Assembly: GCA_041660025.1 (NCBI GenBank)
Contig: JBAZXD010000001.1
Coordinates: 106,059 to 156,498, forward strand
Reading direction: 5' to 3'
Length of the DNA: 50,440 bases
From: Minisyncoccota bacterium
Lineage (GTDB): Bacteria; Patescibacteriota; Minisyncoccia; Phycocordibacterales; Phycocordibacteraceae
The position numbers and the translations under genes were made by a program. Positions 44,750 to 50,440 of the stretch are shown here, one piece after another; within the stretch, counting starts at the first letter, position 1; every line of letters starts with the position of its first letter. The notes beneath the pieces are model-generated. The model was not told the DNA's origin. It saw only the letters and a list, made by a program, of their open reading frames with translations, and did not search any database.

Positions 44750-45472
44750 TTATTTCATCCCGATCTGGGCGAGGAATGTCTTGAGCTCCTCGCCAAGGAT
44801 GGGGCGCCACGCGCCCGGCTTCAAATCCTCAAGCCGCACATTCAGTATGCGCACGCGCTCAAGTTCGATGACCGTGTTGTAGAGCGCTGCGACCATCCGG
44901 CGTATCTGGTGCTTCTTGCCCTCAGTGAGCGTGATATTAAAACTCTTCGGGCCGGTCTTGCGCACGGCACAAGACTTCGTCAGGTAGCCCTCGATGTCGA
45001 CGCCCGCTTCCATCGTCTTCTTAAAGCTCTCGCGGAGATTCTCGCCCACACGCACGCGGTATTCCTTGTCGTGATCGTAGCCCGGGTTGAGCAGACGATC
45101 GGTCACACGGCCGTCGTTGGTAAGGATGATGAGCCCGCTCGAGTCCTTGTCGAGACGGCCGACGGGGAAGACGTCCATCGGGACGCTCGTCTTAATATCC
45201 TTCTCGCCCAGCTGGGGCGAATGGGTGATGACGCCGACCGGCTTATTGTAGGCGTAGTAGAGGAACTGCTTCGAGGAGCTCTTGCCGCGCAACTCGACCT
45301 TGTCGCCCTTGTTGACCTTCTCGCCGATGAGTGCGACACGGCCGTTCACCAGCACTTTTCCGCGTGCGATAAGCTCGTCCGCGCCGCGGCGCGTGGAAAT
45401 GCCCTCGTGCGCGAGGTATTTGTTGATGCGCATCGGGTACTCGTCGGGCGCGGGCGTAGGAGTCTGTACCAT
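44750..45472 (-). CDS. RsuA/RluB/RluF-family pseudouridine synthase
   Basis: S4 domain RINKYLA...SRRGADELI, GRLDKDSSGL, EGKKHQIRRM. Start may be 45496. Confidence 0.93.
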   Translation of the reverse strand: MVQTPTPAPDEYPMRINKYLAHEGISTRRGADELIARGKVLVNGRVALIGEKVNKGDKVELRGKSSSKQFLYYAYNKPVGVITHSPQLGEKDIKTSVPMDVFPVGRLDKDSSGLIILTNDGRVTDRLLNPGYDHDKEYRVRVGENLRESFKKTMEAGVDIEGYLTKSCAVRKTGPKSFNITLTEGKKHQIRRMVAALYNTVIELERVRILNVRLEDLKPGAWRPILGEELKTFLAQIGMK

Positions 45473-45525
45473 AGGGGCACTATACAGTTTTTCCATTTTA
45501 ATGCGAAGTGAGGTATGGTTGGCTG

Positions 45526-46986
45526 ATGGCAAGAGAAGAAAGCGTCATACGCTTTGAAGGCGTATCGTTTGAATACGGGCACAACAAGCCGATCCTCGAT
45601 GAGGTGGATTTCGCGCTGCGCCGGGGGATGAAGATGGCGGTGATGGGCCAGAACGGCGCCGGGAAGTCCACGCTCTTCTCCCTTATGACCAGCGAGCTTG
45701 CGCCCGAGAGCGGCGAGATACACGTGTCGCACGGCATGAAGGTCGCCACTGCGGCGCAGGTCATCCCGCGCGACCGTCTCGACCTCACGGTCCGCGAATT
45801 CTTCCTGAAATGCTTCAGCTCTCCGGTGTACGACATCGACCCCAGGATCGACGACGTGCTCGAGGTGGTGAACCTCAAACATCATGAGAAGATGCACGAC
45901 CGCATCGTGAAGAGTTTCTCCGGCGGCCAACAGGCGCGCCTCCTCCTCGCCTCGGCGCTCATCCAGAACCCCGACCTGCTCCTGCTTGACGAGCCGACGA
46001 ACAATCTCGACACGGCTGGCATCGAACACCTCACAAAGTTCCTCGTCGAATACCCGAAGACGGTCGTCGTCATTTCACACGACGCCGAATTCCTCAACGC
46101 ATTCACGACCGGCGTCCTCTATCTCGACGTCTTCACGCGCAAGATCGAGCAGTACAACGGGAATTATCATGACGTGCAGCGCGATATCCTGATGCGCATC
46201 GACAAGGAGAATCGGAAGAACGCGCAGCTCGAGAAGAAGATCCAGGAGAATAAGGATAAAGCGAACTTCTTCGCGCAGAAGGGCGGGAAGATGCGCCTCG
46301 TCGCGAAGAAGATGCGCACCGAGGTCGAAGAGATGGAAGAGGCGAAGGTGGATGTGCGCAAAGAGGATCGGACTATCCGACCTTTCACGATACCCGCACA
46401 AGAAAAATTGGGCGGCACCGTGCTTTCACTGACCTCCTACACCGTCCTGAAGGGCAGGAAGCCTCTCGTGAAGAAAGCGGACCTCTCGCTCCGGAAGAAT
46501 CAGCATCTCCTTCTCAAGGGTCCGAACGGCATCGGCAAGAGTACCCTGCTTGAGGCGATCGCGCGTGGCGTCGCGGAGGGGACGACTATTACCGAGGGCG
46601 TGAAGGTCGGCTACTACCGCCAAGATTTCTCCACACTCGATTTCGATCAGACCGTGTTGGAAGCGCTCCGGCACGCGATGGGTCAGCCGGACGAGGAGCG
46701 GCTCCGTGCGATTGCCGCCGGATTCCTCCTCACCGCCGACGTGATGCAGACGAAAATCGGGAATCTCTCCGAAGGGCAGAAGGGTCTCGTCGCCTTCGCC
46801 TCGCTCGTACTCGAGCGCCCAGGACTTCTCATCCTCGACGAGCCGACGAACCACATCAACTTCCGCCACCTGCCCGTCATTGCAAAAGCGCTCGACCAGT
46901 ACGCGGGCGCGATGATACTCGTCTCGCACGTGCCCGAATTTGTCTCCCAGATACGCATCGACGAGATACTCGATTTGGAGAAATGA
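45526..46986 (+). CDS. ABC-F family ATP-binding protein
   Basis: Two NBDs (GQNGAGKST/FSGGQ/LDEPTN and GPNGIGKST/LSEGQ/LDEPTN), no TM domain. Confidence 0.92.
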   Translation: MAREESVIRFEGVSFEYGHNKPILDEVDFALRRGMKMAVMGQNGAGKSTLFSLMTSELAPESGEIHVSHGMKVATAAQVIPRDRLDLTVREFFLKCFSSPVYDIDPRIDDVLEVVNLKHHEKMHDRIVKSFSGGQQARLLLASALIQNPDLLLLDEPTNNLDTAGIEHLTKFLVEYPKTVVVISHDAEFLNAFTTGVLYLDVFTRKIEQYNGNYHDVQRDILMRIDKENRKNAQLEKKIQENKDKANFFAQKGGKMRLVAKKMRTEVEEMEEAKVDVRKEDRTIRPFTIPAQEKLGGTVLSLTSYTVLKGRKPLVKKADLSLRKNQHLLLKGPNGIGKSTLLEAIARGVAEGTTITEGVKVGYYRQDFSTLDFDQTVLEALRHAMGQPDEERLRAIAAGFLLTADVMQTKIGNLSEGQKGLVAFASLVLERPGLLILDEPTNHINFRHLPVIAKALDQYAGAMILVSHVPEFVSQIRIDEILDLEK

Positions 46987-47909
46987 AAACTCGAGCTATC
47001 GCCGCGACATTCAAAGCGAAAGATACGCTCGAGGGCGCGGGCGTCCACCTCAAGCGCGGCTTCTCGAATGTCGAAGCCGCGCAGTTCGACCCATTCCTGC
47101 TTTTTGACGATTTCAGTTCGACTATTCCCGAACACTACCTCGCCGGATTCCCCTGGCACCCGCATCGGGGGATGGAGACCGTGACCTACATTCTCGACGG
47201 GGCGGTGCGGCACAAGGACAGTCTCGGCAACGAGGGTGTCATCGAGAGCGGCGCCATCCAGTGGATGACGGCAGGGAGCGGCATCATTCACGAAGAGATG
47301 CCCGAGAGCGCGAATGGTATCCGCGGCTTCCAGCTCTGGATAAACCTGCCGAAGAAGGAGAAGATGACGCCGCCTCGGTATCAGGATCTCAAATCCGCGA
47401 CCGTGCCGGAGATTGCACTCGGTAAAGAGGCGCGGGCGCGTGTTATCGCTGGCGAGCTCGCGGGAGCACAGGGGCCGCTCCGATCGATCGCCGGGAATCC
47501 GCTCTACGCGGATATCACGCTTGATGCGAATGGCTCGGTCTCTATCCCGCTCCCCGTCGGACACACCGTGTTCGCGTATGTGGTCGATGGCGCGCTCGGC
47601 GCTGAGATTTTTAATGAGCGAAGCGATTATAAAAATCCAAGTGGGGTTGTGTACCCACAAGCCCCCGCTGGCGCAGGCGGCGAGCGCTACGCGCCGGGTA
47701 CCATCCTGCTCTTCGAACGCGCGGGCGACGAGGTGTCGCTCCACTCCGGGACCTTCGGCGCGCGGTTCCTGCTCATCGCCGGCGCGTCACTGAATGAACC
47801 GATAGCCTGGCACGGCCCCATCGTGATGAATACCGACGAAGAGTTGCGCGAAGCGTTCCGCGATCTGCAGGAAGGCACGTTCATCCGCGCGCACGGTCTC
47901 GCAAAATAA
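46983..47909 (+). CDS. Pirin family protein
   Basis: DPFLLFD, HPHRGMETVTY, WMTAGSGIIHEE, FQLWINLP, GPIVMN. Confidence 0.95.
   Translation: MKTRAIAATFKAKDTLEGAGVHLKRGFSNVEAAQFDPFLLFDDFSSTIPEHYLAGFPWHPHRGMETVTYILDGAVRHKDSLGNEGVIESGAIQWMTAGSGIIHEEMPESANGIRGFQLWINLPKKEKMTPPRYQDLKSATVPEIALGKEARARVIAGELAGAQGPLRSIAGNPLYADITLDANGSVSIPLPVGHTVFAYVVDGALGAEIFNERSDYKNPSGVVYPQAPAGAGGERYAPGTILLFERAGDEVSLHSGTFGARFLLIAGASLNEPIAWHGPIVMNTDEELREAFRDLQEGTFIRAHGLAK
47606..47680. repeat. In-frame palindromic insert in pirin (GAGCGAAGCGA-centred hairpin plus small hairpins)
   Basis: GATTTTTAAT-GAGCGAAGCG-ATTATAAAAATC, then GTGGG/CCCAC; same core as the minus-strand element at about 31845-31872. Confidence 0.65.
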
Positions 47910-47945
47910 AACTTTTTAGGCGGACGGTGTGTTATATAAGTAGAC

Positions 47946-48629
47946 ATGCAAGCAGTCATTCTCGCGGGAGGAGAGGGGAAACGTATGCGGCCGCTCACTC
48001 TTGAGCGGCCGAAACCGCTCGTTCTTGTGGCGGGCCGTCCCATCCTCGAACACATCATCGACGCGCTTCCGAAAGAGGTAAATGAGATTATTCTCGTCGT
48101 CGGCTACAAGGCCGAGATGATTAAACAGCACTTCGGCGACTCGTATAAAGACCGGCGTGTCAGCTATGTGCACCAGTGGATGCCGGCCGGGACGGCGCAC
48201 GCACTCTCGATGGCCGAACCGTTGCTGAATGAGGGGCGCTTCGTCCTCCTCTGCGCCGACGACCTGCACGGAGCGCGCGCGTTCGAAGAAGCGCTCGCGC
48301 ATCCGCTCGCGATACTCGCCGCGCGGCACTCGAATCCGTCCCTCTTCGGCGTCCTCGAGCTCACAGCAGAAGGGACGCTCGCGAGCATCGTCGAGAAGCC
48401 GGAAGTGCCGGCGACCGACCTTATCTCCACCGGCGCGATGGTGCTCGATACGCGCATCTTCCAGTACGAGACGGTGCGCCACGAGAACGGCGAATACTAT
48501 ATGACCCATCCGCTCGGGCTCTTTGCCAAAGAACATCCCATTATGGTTGTCAAACAGGATTTCTGGATACCGATCGGTTATCCGGGAGATATCAAAATGG
48601 CGGAAGAGAAGCTTATGCACTCGCGGTAA
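47946..48629 (+). CDS. Sugar-phosphate nucleotidyltransferase family protein
   Basis: VILAGGEGKRMRPLT...PKPL, AGTAHAL, IVEKP. Confidence 0.92.
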   Translation: MQAVILAGGEGKRMRPLTLERPKPLVLVAGRPILEHIIDALPKEVNEIILVVGYKAEMIKQHFGDSYKDRRVSYVHQWMPAGTAHALSMAEPLLNEGRFVLLCADDLHGARAFEEALAHPLAILAARHSNPSLFGVLELTAEGTLASIVEKPEVPATDLISTGAMVLDTRIFQYETVRHENGEYYMTHPLGLFAKEHPIMVVKQDFWIPIGYPGDIKMAEEKLMHSR

Positions 48630-48671
48630 ATTCCGACATTCCGACGGCAAAAATCGCGTATACTTTATAGT

Positions 48672-49451
48672 ATGGAACACAAACCGATTTCAGAACTTAT
48701 GGATCTCTCGGGGAAGGTCGCTATCGTTACCGGCGGAGGTATGGGCATCGGCTTCGCGATAGCGAGCCGACTCGCTGAGGCGGGCGCGAAGGTGCTGGTC
48801 GCGGACAGGGACGCGGCCGCCGCAGCGGCGGCCGCGGAGAAGATCGGCGGGCTCGCGTGCACTACAGATGTATCAGAGGAGGCACAGGTCTCTGCGATGG
48901 TCGCGAAGGCGGTCGCGGAGCTGGGGGGCGTGGATATCCTCGTCAACAACGCCGGCATCTATCCGACGAAGCTGGTGCTCGACTCGACGAAGGAAGATTT
49001 CGAGAAGATCATCCACATCAACCTTATGGGGGTGTTCTTCGCGAGCAAAGCGGCGGCCGCTCAGATGATCGCGCAGGGTAGGGGCGGCAAGATAATCAAC
49101 ATCACCTCTATCGACGCGCTCCACCCCTCCTCCGCCGGTCTCGCATTCTACGACGCGAGCAAGCACGGGCTCTGGGGCTTCACCAAGAACCTCGCGCTCG
49201 AGCTCGCGCCGCACAACATCAGCGTGAACGCGATTGCTCCCGGTGGCGTGGCGACACCCGGTACCGGTATGGGCGAATCGACGAACCCAACGATCGCGAA
49301 GATCATGGAATCCTTTGTCGCGAAGATTCCCCTGCATCGTATGGCCGACGCCGACGAGATCGGCAAGGTCGCGCTCTTCCTCGCCTCCGACCTCTCCTCG
49401 TATATGACCGGCTCACAGGTCGTGGTCGACGGCGGCACCCTGCTTGCGTAG
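48672..49451 (+). CDS. Short-chain dehydrogenase/reductase
   Basis: TGGGMGIG, NNAG, YDASK, VNAIAPG. Confidence 0.95.
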   Translation: MEHKPISELMDLSGKVAIVTGGGMGIGFAIASRLAEAGAKVLVADRDAAAAAAAAEKIGGLACTTDVSEEAQVSAMVAKAVAELGGVDILVNNAGIYPTKLVLDSTKEDFEKIIHINLMGVFFASKAAAAQMIAQGRGGKIINITSIDALHPSSAGLAFYDASKHGLWGFTKNLALELAPHNISVNAIAPGGVATPGTGMGESTNPTIAKIMESFVAKIPLHRMADADEIGKVALFLASDLSSYMTGSQVVVDGGTLLA

Positions 49452-49470
49452 AGGCCTTTTACCGGGGCTA

Positions 49471-49499
49471 TTGACAAAATAGCCAACCTATGCTAGACT
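49471..49499 (+). promoter_or_regulatory. Near-consensus sigma70 promoter with extended -10
   Basis: TTGACA-17-TAGACT with TG at -15/-14; the -35 lies inside GGCTATT/AATAGCC inverted repeat. Confidence 0.8.
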
Positions 49500-49502
49500 T
49501 GT

Positions 49503-49725
49503 CTTGCTGGTCTTTTATGGAGGATTACACCGGTGCAGTAGGTCTAACCGACTTCACCCAAACCACGCTCCCTTGTGGAAACCTTTAAATAGGCGACGCG
49601 TATAGGGAGCGACGAAAAAGTCCTCGTCCGCCGGACGAGACGGGCAGCTCGCGATAAGCGCACTTGATTCCCGAAATGACTCCACATTGGAGGCAGGTGA
49701 GAGGGTCAAACAGCACGCCAGCAGG
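49503..49725 (+). ncRNA. Structured ncRNA, raiA-motif-like
   Basis: Closed by CTTGCTGG/CCAGCAGG; contains AAGTC-hairpin(CTCGTCC/GGACGAG)-A, GCAGGTGAG..GGTCAAA and CGCTCCC/GGGAGCG; bounded by a promoter and a terminator. Confidence 0.7.
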
Positions 49726-49732
49726 CCTAGAA

Positions 49733-49770
49733 GCCCGTTCCCTCAATCGACACGAGGGAGCGGGTTTTCA
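49733..49770 (+). terminator. Intrinsic terminator
   Basis: GCCCGTTCCCTC-N9-GAGGGAGCGGGT-TTT. Confidence 0.8.
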
Positions 49771-49847
49771 CTTTCCAGATAGTGGTTTTGCATTAAACAC
49801 ATTATTGTTATATAGTAATCAGACGCCCACGGGCCTTTTTTATTTTT

Positions 49848-50440
49848 ATGGAAATTCGCAATATTGCTATCATCGCGCACGTCGACCACGGGAAGACCGC
49901 GCTCACTGACGCTATCCTGAAGCAGACCGGCGCGGCAAAGGAGGGCACCACGATGGACACGAACGCAATCGAACAGGAGCGCGGCATCACCATTTACGCC
50001 AAGAATGCGGCGGTCGAGTACAAGGGCACGAAGATAAACATCGTGGACACGCCCGGCCACGCAGACTTCGGCTCTGAAGTGGAGCGCGTCCTGCGTTCTA
50101 TCGACTCAGTCTTGCTTATCGTGGATGCGCAGGAGGGTCCGATGCCGCAGACGCGGTTCGTGCTGAAGAAGTCCTTGGAGCTCGGCCTGAAGCCCATCGT
50201 CGTTTTGAATAAAATAGACAAGCCGGCGGCCGACCCGGCACGTTCGCACGACCAGGTACTGGAACTTTTTATGGAACTCGGCGCTACCGACGAGCAGTGC
50301 GATTTCCCGGTGGTATACGCTATCGGCCGCGACGGACGCGCCGCACTCACGCCCGACGAGCTCTTGGTGGGCGACGAGAAAGACCTCTCGCCACTCCTCG
50401 ACCTCATCCTCGAGAAGGTCCCCGCCGCAAACGCCACCGC
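49848..50440 (+). CDS. typA: Translational GTPase TypA/BipA (5' part, runs off the window; absent from the ORF track)
   Basis: [58 protein letters not shown]; own promoter TTGCAT-17-TATAGT at 49788-49816. Confidence 0.95.
   Translation, partial: MEIRNIAIIAHVDHGKTALTDAILKQTGAAKEGTTMDTNAIEQERGITIYAKNAAVEYKGTKINIVDTPGHADFGSEVERVLRSIDSVLLIVDAQEGPMPQTRFVLKKSLELGLKPIVVLNKIDKPAADPARSHDQVLELFMELGATDEQCDFPVVYAIGRDGRAALTPDELLVGDEKDLSPLLDLILEKVPAANAT

Noticed and set aside
49503-49725. RNase P RNA or tmRNA interpretation (GAAAAAGTCC, ACTCCAC..GGAG resemble RNase P boxes)
   Set aside because: No convincing P4 partner or CR-V (ACAGAA...CUUA), too little sequence for the specificity domain, and no tRNA-like ends or tag ORF. 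Not formally excluded without cmsearch.

Overview
This is a GC-rich bacterial chromosomal segment that looks like a Patescibacteria (CPR, Parcubacteria-type) genome. That assignment is an inference from the minor pilins, a shortened RF2, few Shine-Dalgarno sites and small palindromic elements. Housekeeping genes: ligA, gatC/gatA, prfB, ftsEX, pyrG, a pseudouridine synthase, an ABC-F protein and the start of typA. Accessory loci: homospermidine synthase, an orphan 7TM histidine kinase cluster, a CsoR-CopA copper operon with a clear operator, two DUF3494 (ice-binding-like) surface proteins with a class F sortase, and an AT-rich island at about 36.6-41.3 kb. The island carries HTH-IrrE, a PIN protein, MazG, a nuclease-helicase fused to a LexA/UmuD-type S24 domain, and an unannotated 45-aa repeat peptide. 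Six tRNA genes are present. The least explained signals are non-coding. (1) Three tRNA genes are preceded by related structured leaders that each contain a near-copy of their own tRNA's acceptor strands. (2) tRNA-Gln is flanked on both sides by inverted and direct copies of its own ends. (3) A promoter- and terminator-bounded structured RNA of about 220 nt, resembling the raiA motif, lies before typA. (4) Several palindrome families occur, some inserted in frame in proteins. (5) Many genes have a -10 box only 5-9 nt before ATG, suggesting leaderless mRNAs. No CRISPR array, rRNA, integrase or transposase was found. All family assignments come from motif recognition by eye, not from database searches.
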